Of a DNA stretch of 24,000 nt, positions 1 to 9,009 are shown piece after piece. The stretch covers positions 69,472 through 93,471 of the forward strand of contig NZ_LNKT01000045.1 in assembly GCF_001595645.1 (NCBI RefSeq), written 5' to 3'. The DNA is from Sulfurovum riftiae. Its GTDB lineage: Bacteria; Campylobacterota; Campylobacteria; Campylobacterales; Sulfurovaceae. The notes under the pieces are model-generated. The model ran no database searches, was not told the DNA's origin, and saw only the letters and a program-made list of their open reading frames with translations. The position numbers and the translations under genes were made by a program. Within the stretch, counting starts at the first letter, position 1. Every line of letters starts with the position of its first letter.

Positions 1-1
1 G

Positions 2-661
2 TTGTTTGATGAGTTTGAACTGGTTGTAGAGTATCTTGCACCTATACCAGTAGAAGATGGTAAGGTGCGTGTGAAGTGTTTTAGAACATTGGAAATATAT
101 AGTGGTAGAAGAGAGATACTGGGATTGTATCTTAGTGAGAATGAGGGAGCCAACTTCTGGCTGCAGGTTCTGACTGATTTAAGCAAAGATATCCTTATTG
201 CTTCTGTAGATGGTTTAAAGGGCTTTCCTGAAGCCACATTCCCACAAACAGAGGTACAGCTATGTATCGTCCATCAAATCAGAAATTCATTCAAATATGT
301 AGCTTCTGAAAATCAGAAAGAGTTCATGAAAGATCTTAAACAAGTTTACCAGGCACTCTCCAAAGAGGCTGCTGAATTGGAGTTGGATAGGCTTGAAGAG
401 AAATGGGGAGACAAATATCCTGAAGATATCAGACGTATTATTTACACGACAAATATTATTGAATCAGTGTATCGACAGTTCAGAAAACTTACTAAAACCA
501 AAGGAGCATTTCCTAATGAAAATTCATTGTTAAAATTGCTGTATATGGGAATTCAAAATGCCCAGAAAAAATGGACAATGCCAATGAGAAACTGGTCTCT
601 GACCATTTCTCAACTGGCGATCTTCTTTGAGGGAAGATTGGATAAGGCTCTGAAGTTGTAA
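2..661 (+). pseudogene. IS256-family (Mutator-type DDE) transposase remnant; 5' end runs off the window and the copy looks decayed
   Basis: The ORF carries family signatures: ILGLYLSENEGANFWLQVLTDL, SVDGLKGFPEA..FPQTEVQLCIVHQIRNS, IRRIIYTTNIIES, KKWTMPMRNW. Compared with my memory of full-length IS256-type proteins it lacks the DAIH block holding the first catalytic Asp. It also lacks about 20 aa between KYP and EIRRIIYTTN. These look like in-frame deletions. Confidence 0.7.
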
Positions 662-791
662 TATAATTCACTCATCTATCGGGTGACACAAAATTCTGAA
701 TGGTCTCAAAAATTCCTTTTATCAGAGGAGGGTCTAATTCCTTGATCTTTTGGGCCATATCATTAAATTCTGATAAGTACTTTATTGTAGG

Positions 792-1493
792 TTAAAAGTT
801 GTAACTTATACCAAAGTTCCAACTGTCAACTGAAACATCAAAATCTATATCATAACCAAAAACTTCTTCTGTTGTATCATCATCATATAATCTTACATAG
901 TCAATAAAAACTGATAGATTATTAATAATACTAAACGAAGCTCCAATACCCCAAGAAAGACCATCTTCATCTTCCTCCACATCATCAAAATCTATAGATG
1001 CATACCCCACTAAAATATAAATGTTAAAATCTTCATTTATAGGATAACTTGGTTTAATATAAATTCCCCATACATTTTCATCATCATTATCAGAAGAGCC
1101 TGAGCTATTCATCCAAGGATGCGTTGATGAGGTGTTAGTATAATCTATATCACCGAATGTTCTCCAGTATCTACCTTCAATGGCAATATACTGATTAAGT
1201 TTATATCCTGCTTGAAGCATTATTGTATTGAGATCATAATCAGATTCTGCCTGTATTATAATGGGGTGGTTCATGTTTGCTTCTGAATTTGCATTCATTG
1301 GTCCATATGCAAGACCCAAATAGAAACCTACATCAGATACAATGGCATTTTGTGGAGTGATAATATCACTAGAGGTATATCCACTGTCATGCTTTGCCTT
1401 ATACGAATTTGAACCATAGGCTGGATAAGATTCCGCCATCACTGTTGTACCTATTGCCAATGTTAAAATAAGTGAGAGTGTTAATTTTTTCAT
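792..1493 (-). CDS. Small outer-membrane beta-barrel protein (OmpA-like/OMP_b-brl type)
   Basis: Signal peptide MKKLTLSLILTLAIGTTVMA. Alternating aromatic/hydrophobic beta-strand pattern. C-terminus ends ...WNFGISYNF with a terminal Phe, typical of OMPs. GAGGAAA RBS upstream. The gene is AT-rich. Confidence 0.75.
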   Translation of the reverse strand: MKKLTLSLILTLAIGTTVMAESYPAYGSNSYKAKHDSGYTSSDIITPQNAIVSDVGFYLGLAYGPMNANSEANMNHPIIIQAESDYDLNTIMLQAGYKLNQYIAIEGRYWRTFGDIDYTNTSSTHPWMNSSGSSDNDDENVWGIYIKPSYPINEDFNIYILVGYASIDFDDVEEDEDGLSWGIGASFSIINNLSVFIDYVRLYDDDTTEEVFGYDIDFDVSVDSWNFGISYNF

Positions 1494-1958
1494 AAGATTT
1501 TTCCTCGTTTTTATGTCATTTTATTATATCTAAAGAAAATATAAAAGAATCTTTTCAGTTTCAAAAAATGTTGGGGGAATAGTCTTTCATTTGAGCACAC
1601 CTATTACGATCAAGAACGGCTTGAGGTCACTTTTAAGTTTTTTCTACTTTTTCCTGACAATACGACCTGAGTATTTACAGAATGGAAAGATCTTCCTGGA
1701 CCAGTGGACACAAATCCTCACAAACGACGCTGTAGCGTATCATTTCCATGGTTGGAAAGATGGAAATATTGATGAAAATCTTCTCTAGTTCTGCTTGAAG
1801 ATAGATTGAAGATTAGGATTTTGAGTTTTCAATAGCTCTCGTAGAGACTAAAAATATATAAATTAGATTTTAAAAGCAAAGATATAAGCAAGGCTCCTGA
1901 ATACTTTAGAAAAAGTTGTGATAATGGGTATTATCAGGGATGTTACAGAATAGGATTC

Positions 1959-2177
1959 ATGTATATATTAGCTCAAGTGGTAAATAAAGATAATGTTAAA
2001 TCTGCCGAATATTATAAAAAAAGATGTGATGGAAACGATACTGATAGTTGTGTATTTCTTGGAGCTGCCTATCTTGAGGGTGTAGGAGTAAGCAAAAATA
2101 AACTTAAAGCAAAGAGTTTCTATAAAAAGGCGTGTACTTTGGGAGATGTATATGCTTGTCAGAAGGTTATACCTTAG
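1959..2177 (+). CDS. Sel1-like repeat (Helicobacter cysteine-rich protein, Hcp-like) fragment, probably a 5'-truncated remnant
   Basis: Contains repeats of the type AxxYYKKxCDxxxxxxCxxLGxxYxxGxGVxKNxxKAxxFYKKACxLGxxxAC. The same frame stays open back to 1845 (..APEYFRKSCDNGYYQGCYRIGFMY..) with no start codon, so the N-terminus appears lost. Confidence 0.6.
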   Translation: MYILAQVVNKDNVKSAEYYKKRCDGNDTDSCVFLGAAYLEGVGVSKNKLKAKSFYKKACTLGDVYACQKVIP

Positions 2178-2294
2178 AAATTCAAAGTGGGGAAAGGAAG
2201 TATGATAGTTGCAAGGGTTATGGACGTATTAGAAATTTTAGTAGCTATTTCTCTCTGACTAAAAAGGTGGGGGAGTATAATCTGAAAGGTTTCC

Positions 2295-2837
2295 CCGATG
2301 CTTGCATCGGTTGGATTCAAGCCCAAAGAGCAGAGATGTTATGATATGGAATGAGTGATCATATTTTCAAAAGTCATAACAAAACAGTATTGTTGTATCA
2401 CTTGGTGTTTCCAGCAAAGTATCGGAGAAAAGTATTCAGTAAAGCTGTTGAGAAAACTTTGATTGAGACGTGTTTGGGAATAGCTCAAAGATATGAAATA
2501 CATTATTTTGGAAATTGGAAATGATGAGGACCATGTACATTTTTTGGTGCAAGGTGTTTCAAAGATGCCAGTTTCAAGAATAGTGCAGATTATCAAAAGT
2601 ATTACTGCTCGTGAGCTTTTTTCTCAACGCAAAGAGGTCAAGAAGCTTCTGTTGGGAGGGAATTTATGGACAAGTGGATTTTATGCTAATACAGTAGGAC
2701 AATATGCCAGTGAAGAAGCCCTTCGAAATTATGTCAAAAATCAAGGGTGAGAATACAACAAGGTGCATTCTGGTTAACTTCGGTTTGACTTTGAATGTTG
2801 AGACAGTTATGGATACCCCGTTGCTTGCAGTGGGGTA
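2295..2837 (+). mobile_element. IS200/IS605-family element (tnpA only) with left- and right-end hairpins
   Basis: Left hairpin: CCGATGC-TT-GCATCGG at 2295-2310. Right hairpin: CCCCGTTGC-TT-GCAGTGGGG within 2814-2837. Both share the core CCCCG(A/T)TGCTTGCA and flank a Y1-transposase ORF. Confidence 0.7.
2351..2750 (+). pseudogene. tnpA: IS200/IS605 family TnpA (Y1/HUH transposase), frameshifted
   Basis: The N-terminal part starts at ATG 2351 (MSDHIFKSHNKTVLLYHLVFPAKYRRKVF...AQRYEIH) and stops at about 2527. The C-terminal part (ILEIGNDEDHVHFLVQ...ITARELF...GGNLWTSGFYANTVG) is in another frame, ORF 2493..2750. The frame switch lies near 2495-2510. Confidence 0.8.
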
Positions 2838-2950
2838 GTTCATTTACATAACAGATATGTTTTCCCACATTCGTTAAGCAGTGTTGCATCATCCCCTCCT
2901 AACCAAAGTTATATTACAATAAGAACAAACTATCCTGTGGAGTCTCTGCC

Positions 2951-3799
2951 GTGAAAATCTTACTTATCAATTTCAATCCTGTTGTCTCCAGACTTTTTGC
3001 TTTGTGTACGCGTGATGCGCATATTGAGTTGGATGAAGTGGAGGAGGTCAGCGATGTTGAGAGGGGAAAGCACTATGATCTGCTGTTTGTGGATGATGCT
3101 TCCTATGTGGAGAGTGTCAAAGAGTTCATGGAGAGCAGAAGCATAGGCAAAAAAGTGTTTATCTCGTATGAGCCGGGGAGTGTTTCCGGTTTTAACCTCA
3201 CTCTGAAAAAACCTTTTCTTCCGTCACAAATCCTGAATATCATAGAGAATGCGACGGTTGCAGAAGAAGTGAAAGAGGAAGAGGAGGAAGCACCGGTGAT
3301 CTTCCCTTTGGATGAAGAGGAAAAGAACATTGAAGAGAGTAAAGAGGATTCAGAAGTGACACCGTCGATCTTTCCGTTGGCTGCGGAAGAGACAGAGGAA
3401 GAGGAGATCGTTCCGGAGAATCCTCACATACTCGACAGCAGAGAGATTGAAAAGATAAAGGATCTGCTCGATATGGAAGAGAATGAAATACTCCCTGTCG
3501 AAGAGGAGCTCCCCGAGGAAGTGGTGGAGCAGCGAAAGGTAGAGGCCATTACGGCTCAGCTGATCGCAGACGGGCTTGAGATCGTTGAGGAAGAGGAGAT
3601 CGTCAAGACGATACAGGCGGGAAAGAAGTCCAAAAAGAAGAAAAAAAAGGAAGATACGGGTCCTTTCAGCAAAGAGGAGTTCGATGCTATCCAAAAGGCA
3701 TTCAGGGAAGCACTTTTCAGCCTTAAACCCAAAAAGATCAAAAAACTTCTCAAAGGCAAAAAAGTAGAATTGAAATTGAAACTAAAGGATCAGGACTGA
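2951..3799 (+). CDS. Poly-E-rich acidic protein with a degenerate receiver-like N-terminal domain (positional equivalent of H. pylori HP0322)
   Basis: GTG start with GGAG 9 nt upstream. The N-terminal ~100 aa (MKILLINFNPVV...YDLLFVDD...KKPFLPSQIL) resemble a CheY-like fold. Long E/K low-complexity tail. The stop overlaps the gmk start (TGATG). Confidence 0.7.
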   Translation: MKILLINFNPVVSRLFALCTRDAHIELDEVEEVSDVERGKHYDLLFVDDASYVESVKEFMESRSIGKKVFISYEPGSVSGFNLTLKKPFLPSQILNIIENATVAEEVKEEEEEAPVIFPLDEEEKNIEESKEDSEVTPSIFPLAAEETEEEEIVPENPHILDSREIEKIKDLLDMEENEILPVEEELPEEVVEQRKVEAITAQLIADGLEIVEEEEIVKTIQAGKKSKKKKKKEDTGPFSKEEFDAIQKAFREALFSLKPKKIKKLLKGKKVELKLKLKDQD

Positions 3800-4413
3800 T
3801 GCATAAAGGGGCAATACTGGTACTTTCCGGACCCAGCGGAGCGGGGAAGAGTACCATTATCAATGCGGCTTCCGATGAGATAGGCGAGTACTACTTCTCC
3901 ATCTCCACAACGACAAGGGAACCAAGGGTCGGGGAAGAGGATGGTGTGGACTATTTCTTCGTGACCAAAGAGTGTTTTGAAGAAGATATCAAGGCGGGAA
4001 ATTTCCTGGAGTATGCACAGGTACACGGTAACTACTACGGTACCTCGCTCAAACCGGTCAAAGAAGCGCTTGCACAGGAAAAGCTGGTGATTTTCGATAT
4101 CGATATACAGGGACATCGGCTGGTACGGGCAAAGATGGATGATATCACGACCTCCGCTTTCATTACACCACCGACGCTCAAGGAACTTGAGACAAGGCTT
4201 CGTGCACGCTGTACGGATGATGAAGCGGTGATCCTCAGACGTATAGAGAATGCCAAAGAGGAGATCAAAGCGGTAGGAGAGTATGATTTTACGATCATCA
4301 ATGATACAGTAGAGGAAGCAGCGCAGAAATTCATCATTGTCGCCAAAGCAGCCAGACTCAAACAGAGCAAGGAAGATGAGGCGGAATTCATACAGCATTG
4401 GCTTGGCGTTTAA
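3799..4413 (+). CDS. gmk: Guanylate kinase
   Basis: P-loop GPSGAGKST and the guanylate kinase motif STTTREPRxGExDGxDYFFV. Confidence 0.95.
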   Translation: MHKGAILVLSGPSGAGKSTIINAASDEIGEYYFSISTTTREPRVGEEDGVDYFFVTKECFEEDIKAGNFLEYAQVHGNYYGTSLKPVKEALAQEKLVIFDIDIQGHRLVRAKMDDITTSAFITPPTLKELETRLRARCTDDEAVILRRIENAKEEIKAVGEYDFTIINDTVEEAAQKFIIVAKAARLKQSKEDEAEFIQHWLGV

Positions 4414-4507
4414 AAAAAACTGCTTATTGACGCTTCCTTAAACATTTTTAAGTATAATTGTTAAAATTTTTAAAATTGCACCTCAGAGTGCAGACAAAGG
4501 ATGAACC

Positions 4508-4732
4508 ATGGGTATGCCAAGTATGCCAGAGTTGCTGATCGTTTTGGCGATCGTTGTACTTCTTTTCGGAGCGAAAAAAATTCCAGATCTTGCAAAAGGA
4601 ATGGGTAAGGGTATCAAAGACTTCAAGAAAGCCATCAAAGAGGATGACGAAGAAGACGTAAAAGAGATCGCAAAGAAAGAAGAGCCGAAGGTCGAAGAGA
4701 AGACTGAAGAAAAAAAGAGCGAGAACGCTTAA
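4508..4732 (+). CDS. tatA: Twin-arginine translocase subunit TatA/E
   Basis: N-terminal TM helix plus hinge, [34 protein letters not shown], followed by an acidic/lysine tail. AAAGGA RBS. Confidence 0.9.
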   Translation: MGMPSMPELLIVLAIVVLLFGAKKIPDLAKGMGKGIKDFKKAIKEDDEEDVKEIAKKEEPKVEEKTEEKKSENA

Positions 4733-4767
4733 GTTGAGCGCTGAGCGTTCAGCGTTCAGTGTTCGGA
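4733..4767 (+). repeat. Heptamer array GTTGAGC/GCTGAGC/GTTCAGC/GTTCAGT/GTTCGGA directly after the tatA stop; self-complementary
   Basis: 7-nt periodicity read directly. On the + strand RNA, 4733-4744 pairs with 4749-4760: 12 bp including 3 G.U, with loop GCGU. Confidence 0.8.
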
Positions 4768-4831
4768 ATATTCTACACAGTGTGTTTAGCACACCTCCAC
4801 CTACTATCCCACAAAAATTACGGAATTGTCT

Positions 4832-6529
4832 ATGAAGCTAAAAGAAAAAATTAACAAAGTTATTAAAAAAGCTTTTGAAAAAGCGGGTATCGATGAAACA
4901 CCTATTCCTGTTTCCGAAGCGACCAAACCGGAGTTCGGGGACTATCAGTTCAACGGTGCAATGGCGCTTTCGAAGAAACTGGGAAAGAACCCAAGAGAGA
5001 TTGCAACAGAAATCTTGGAACATCTTGATCTTTCAGGAATTCTGGCCAAAGCAGAAATTGCAGGACCGGGGTTCATCAACCTCTGGCTGAACGATGATTG
5101 GGTAGCGAAAGCCTGCCGGGAGGCATGTGAAGATAAAAGATTGGGTGTTGCAAAAAAATCCGATCCGATCAAAGTGGTAGTGGACTACTCCGGGCCGAAC
5201 ATGGCAAAACAGATGCACGTAGGACACCTTCGTTCCACGATCATCGGCGATACGCTGGCAAACCTTCTGGAATTCCTCGGTGATGAGGTGATACGCCAGA
5301 ACCATGTCGGAGACTGGGGAACACAGTTCGGTATGCTCATTGCCTATCTCGAAGAGATGGGTGAAGATGGTTCGGGTTCTCTCCAGGACCTGGAACAGTT
5401 CTATAAAGATGCCAAGAAGCGTTTCGATGAAGATGAAGCGTTTGCGAACAAGGCAAGAGAGTATGTCGTCAAAATACAGAGCGGTGACCCGCATTGCCTG
5501 AACCTCTGGCAGAAATTCATCGATATTTCTCTGGGACACTGCGAGGTCGTTTATGAAAAGCTCGATGTCAATCTGAAACGCGAACATGTGCGAGCGGAGA
5601 GTTTCTACAACGAAGAATTGCCGAAGGTGATAGATGAACTCGATGCGGTCAAGATGCTTCAGGAGAGCGACGGTGCACAGTGTGTCTTCCTCGAAGGCGA
5701 AGAGATACCTGTGATCGTCCAGAAGGGTGACGGAGGGTATCTGTATGCCACGACAGACCTGGCTGCATTGCGCTACAGAGCCAATGTGCTGGGGGCCAAA
5801 CGTATCTCCTATGTGGTGGATGCTCGACAGGCAGAGCACTTCAAACAGGTCTTCAAAGTGGCAAAGGCTTCCGGTTTCGTCCCTGAGGATGTCAAACTGG
5901 AGCATATCGCTTTTGGAACGATGATGGATGCGGGTGGCAAACCTTTTAAAACACGTGACGGTGGAACGGTAAAGCTCATCGATCTTCTTGATGAAGCTGT
6001 GGTCAAAGCCAAAGCGGCGATCAAAGAGAAGGATGACTACTCTGAAGAGGAGATAGAGAGACTGGCGAAGATCATCGGTATCGGTGCGGTGAAGTATGCA
6101 GACCTCTCCATCAATCGTGAGTCGAACTATATCTTCAACTGGGACAAGATGCTCTCCTTCGAGGGAAATACCTCACTCTATATGCAGTATGCCTATGCGA
6201 GGATACAGAGTATCTTCAGGAAGTATGGGGGTCGGATAAACGGAGAGATCATCATTACAGATACACTCGAACACCGCTTGAGTGTCATGCTGCTTCGTTT
6301 CGAAGAGGTGCTTGAGAGGGCAGCGGAAGATGCTGCACCCAATCAGATCACGACCTATCTGTATGAACTGGTGACACTCTTCATGCGTTTTTATGAGCAG
6401 AACCCGATACTCAAAGAGGGCGTGGATGAGAAGACAAAACAGTCACGTCTTGCCCTGGCGGATATGACGGCAAGAACGATCAAGCAGGGATTGGATATAC
6501 TGGGAATTGATGTGGTGGACAAGCTCTAA
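4832..6529 (+). CDS. argS: Arginine--tRNA ligase
   Basis: Class I HIGH motif (HVGHLRS). ArgRS-typical N-terminal and DALR anticodon-binding regions (GAVKYADLS, LYMQYAYARI). I prefer ATG 4832 to the TTG at 4826. Confidence 0.93.
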   Translation: MKLKEKINKVIKKAFEKAGIDETPIPVSEATKPEFGDYQFNGAMALSKKLGKNPREIATEILEHLDLSGILAKAEIAGPGFINLWLNDDWVAKACREACEDKRLGVAKKSDPIKVVVDYSGPNMAKQMHVGHLRSTIIGDTLANLLEFLGDEVIRQNHVGDWGTQFGMLIAYLEEMGEDGSGSLQDLEQFYKDAKKRFDEDEAFANKAREYVVKIQSGDPHCLNLWQKFIDISLGHCEVVYEKLDVNLKREHVRAESFYNEELPKVIDELDAVKMLQESDGAQCVFLEGEEIPVIVQKGDGGYLYATTDLAALRYRANVLGAKRISYVVDARQAEHFKQVFKVAKASGFVPEDVKLEHIAFGTMMDAGGKPFKTRDGGTVKLIDLLDEAVVKAKAAIKEKDDYSEEEIERLAKIIGIGAVKYADLSINRESNYIFNWDKMLSFEGNTSLYMQYAYARIQSIFRKYGGRINGEIIITDTLEHRLSVMLLRFEEVLERAAEDAAPNQITTYLYELVTLFMRFYEQNPILKEGVDEKTKQSRLALADMTARTIKQGLDILGIDVVDKL

Positions 6530-6562
6530 GCGTACTTTGCTTCGTTTGAAGGAGAAGACAAT

Positions 6563-6907
6563 ATGAAAACAGTGATCATTCTGGCAATTCTGGTGACGTT
6601 CGTTATGGCATTTGTCAGTTACAATAAAAGCAGGGATTTTAAAAAACTTCTCATTACGCTGGGGAGCTTTATTGTCATGCTCTATCTGTTATGGGTCGGT
6701 TTCAGGGTGTCTATTGCTATTTTCCCTCTGAAAATAGCCAATATAGTACTGGGATTCTTTGCCTGGGGAGGGATCGTCTACTATATGCTGCGTGACCGCT
6801 ATGTCTGGTGGGTCATTTTCTCTCCGTTGCTCGTACCTCTGCTCTTCGTGCTCTTTTCCCTTATCGGCGGATCGCGTTATGAAGATATCTGGAGACAACT
6901 CTTTTGA
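6563..6907 (+). CDS. Small integral membrane protein, function unknown
   Basis: 114 aa with about four hydrophobic helices. Strong AGGAG RBS. No motif recognised. Confidence 0.6.
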   Translation: MKTVIILAILVTFVMAFVSYNKSRDFKKLLITLGSFIVMLYLLWVGFRVSIAIFPLKIANIVLGFFAWGGIVYYMLRDRYVWWVIFSPLLVPLLFVLFSLIGGSRYEDIWRQLF

Positions 6908-6910
6908 TGC

Positions 6911-6930
6911 AGAGACAGCATTGTGTCTCT
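6911..6930. terminator. Hairpin between the convergent membrane-protein gene and rsfS
   Basis: AGAGACA-GCATTG-TGTCTCT. No clear U-tract, so terminator status is uncertain. Confidence 0.4.
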
Positions 6931-6950
6931 ACAGTGTTGAGTAGGTTGGT

Positions 6951-7295
6951 CTAGGCTTCTTTCTTTTTCTGGTTTTCTACCAGTTCACTCAAAAATGTTT
7001 CAAGTGAGTAGCGCTGTCTGTATTCCGGGATCATGATATGGATCAGGATATCGCCAAGGTCCGCTACGACCCATTCATCACTTATATCGGTAGCGAGGAA
7101 TGTTTCACCCAGCGGTTTGAGGTCTTTTTTGAGGTGCTCGTAAAGCGCGACGGTATGTTTGGGGTTGAGCGAATTGGCGATAACGACATAGTTCGCGATA
7201 TAATCCGCATCTTCCAGGTTGAAGACCTCTATCTCTTCCGCTTTTTTTTCATCAAGTATCTTGACGATATTCTCTATTCTTTCATCGGTTGTCAT
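6951..7295 (-). CDS. rsfS: Ribosome silencing factor RsfS (iojap-like)
   Basis: Typical RsfS size and motifs (DYxVIAxxxxxxHxxAL, WVxxDxGDIxIHIMxxExRxxYxLE). Sits directly downstream of nadD, which is the classical nadD-rsfS pairing. Confidence 0.9.
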   Translation of the reverse strand: MTTDERIENIVKILDEKKAEEIEVFNLEDADYIANYVVIANSLNPKHTVALYEHLKKDLKPLGETFLATDISDEWVVADLGDILIHIMIPEYRQRYSLETFLSELVENQKKKEA

Positions 7296-7871
7296 TCAGT
7301 GTTTTCCTTTAGGGTTGTCATGTAGGGTCCTTTGGACCGATTGTTTGATTCTGTTGTCAATATAGTGTAAATCTATCTCTTCTCTTATTGTGGTCGAGCT
7401 GACGGGAAAATTGATCTCAAGGATCTTCCATGATCGCAGTTTCTCCGTGTTCAATGGATGGTTCTTTCTTGTTGCGATCACCCATGTGACCGTCTTGTTG
7501 AGCCACTCGAATTCATGCCAGTCTGTCAATGTTGACAGGTTGTCGGAACCGATAATGAGATACTTTACTTCATACATTGTGTTAAAATGCTTTACACTTT
7601 GTGAGGTCCGTATGCTTTTGCCCTGTCTGATCTCATAATCATCGACGCTTACCTTGGGCAAGCCATCAAAAAGCTTATGACACCACTCCAGGCGTTTTTC
7701 TGCGCTGGCCAGTGACGATCGCTTAAAGGGATTCAAATAGGCAGGAAGAACAATGAGCCGGTCGATCTCAAGCGCTTCGACAGCCTTTCGGACGATCTCC
7801 TGATGTCCTTTGTGCGGAGGGTCGAAACTCCCCCCGAATATTGCGACTGTCGGCTTGGACTGATTAACCAA
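7296..7871 (-). CDS. nadD: Nicotinate-nucleotide adenylyltransferase
   Basis: GGSFDPPHKGH nucleotidyltransferase (H/T)xGH motif. The ORF apparently uses a TTG start. Confidence 0.88.
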   Translation of the reverse strand: MVNQSKPTVAIFGGSFDPPHKGHQEIVRKAVEALEIDRLIVLPAYLNPFKRSSLASAEKRLEWCHKLFDGLPKVSVDDYEIRQGKSIRTSQSVKHFNTMYEVKYLIIGSDNLSTLTDWHEFEWLNKTVTWVIATRKNHPLNTEKLRSWKILEINFPVSSTTIREEIDLHYIDNRIKQSVQRTLHDNPKGKH

Positions 7872-7982
7872 ATGCTAACCTCATTTACTGTAAAATTACG
7901 CACTATTGAATAGTGACGAATGGTCGCATTTTAACATAGTTTTGCATAAGGGCACCTCCTAAATAAATCATAAAGGTATAAA

Positions 7983-8978
7983 ATGGCTGTAAAAGTAGCG
8001 ATAAACGGATTGGGCAGGATCGGTAGATGTGTGGCACGTATCATTGCAGACAGAGATGATATTGAGCTGGTTGCGGTCAATGCGAGCGGAACGGAGGAGA
8101 TGCTTGAATACAACCTCAAATACGACTCTGTACACGGCAGACGAACGGATATCACTGTAGCGGACGGGTATGTGAATATCGGCAGGACCAAAGCGAAGAT
8201 CTTTGCGGAACGTGAACTTGAGAAGCTCGATTTTGCTTCCTGCGGTGCAGAGATCGTGCTTGAATGTACAGGGGCGTTCCTGACTGCCGAGAGCGTACAG
8301 CCGTACCTTGACAACGGTATCAAAAAGGTGCTTTTTTCCGCACCTGCAAAAGATGACACAGCTACTTTCGTTCTGGGCGCCAATGCCGATGCGTATGCCG
8401 GTCAGTCCATTGTTTCCAATGCAAGCTGTACCACGAACGGTCTGGCACCTGTCGCCAAAGTGCTTGATGACGCTTTCGGCATCCAGAAGGGGCTTATGAC
8501 AACGATCCACTCCTATACCTCTTCACAGCCGATCCTCGATGCAAAGCACAAGAAAGACCCGAGAAAAGGGCGCGCAGGGGCACTCAATATCCTGCCGACG
8601 ACAACAGGTGCGGCCAAGGCGATCTCCAAAGTGCTTCCCCAGCTTGAAGGCAAACTCAACGGACAGGCGATCAGGGTACCGACCCCGGATGTCTCCATGG
8701 TGGACCTGACGGTCACACTCAATGAAGAGGTGATCCTCGATGAGGTCAAAGCCGCATTCAAGATCGCAAGCGAGGGCTCACACAAAGGGATCCTCGGTGT
8801 GGATGAAGAGTACAGGGTCTCCCAGGACTTCGTAGGTGAGGAGCTCAGCTCCGTAGTGGCACTCGATACCATTCAGGTGATCGGCGGCAATATGGTCAAG
8901 GTACTCTCCTGGTATGACAATGAGTGGGGATACTCCTGCAGACTGGTAGACATGGCTGTGCACATCAGCAAGAAATAA
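7983..8978 (+). CDS. gap: Glyceraldehyde-3-phosphate dehydrogenase (type I)
   Basis: INGLGRIGR NAD-binding motif, active site SNASCTTN, C-terminal WYDNEWGYS. Confidence 0.96.
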   Translation: MAVKVAINGLGRIGRCVARIIADRDDIELVAVNASGTEEMLEYNLKYDSVHGRRTDITVADGYVNIGRTKAKIFAERELEKLDFASCGAEIVLECTGAFLTAESVQPYLDNGIKKVLFSAPAKDDTATFVLGANADAYAGQSIVSNASCTTNGLAPVAKVLDDAFGIQKGLMTTIHSYTSSQPILDAKHKKDPRKGRAGALNILPTTTGAAKAISKVLPQLEGKLNGQAIRVPTPDVSMVDLTVTLNEEVILDEVKAAFKIASEGSHKGILGVDEEYRVSQDFVGEELSSVVALDTIQVIGGNMVKVLSWYDNEWGYSCRLVDMAVHISKK

Positions 8979-9009
8979 ACCCTAAAATCCAAGTAAGTAA
9001 AGCGAACAA

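Noticed and set aside
1591-1788. 65-aa ORF in the AT-rich patch
   Set aside because: Non-ATG start, no RBS, no recognisable motif. Possibly a gene fragment, but it is unsupported.
2132-2596. ORFs 2132..2344 (+) and 2339..2596 (-)
   Set aside because: They overlap the Sel1 fragment end and the IS200 left end and tnpA. They have no motifs. The minus-strand ORF is antisense to tnpA.
3576-3767. Basic 63-aa ORF (RRKKRK-rich) overlapping the poly-E gene in another frame
   Set aside because: It is a frame artefact of the GAA/AAG-rich low-complexity coding sequence.
5033-5905. 290-aa ORF antisense to argS, plus other long antisense ORFs such as 3790..4398, 7968..8510, 9178..9786, 14348..14851 and 13763..14206
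   Set aside because: They lie fully inside well-supported conserved genes on the opposite strand. They have no recognisable motifs or RBS and have odd compositions. They are shadow ORFs.
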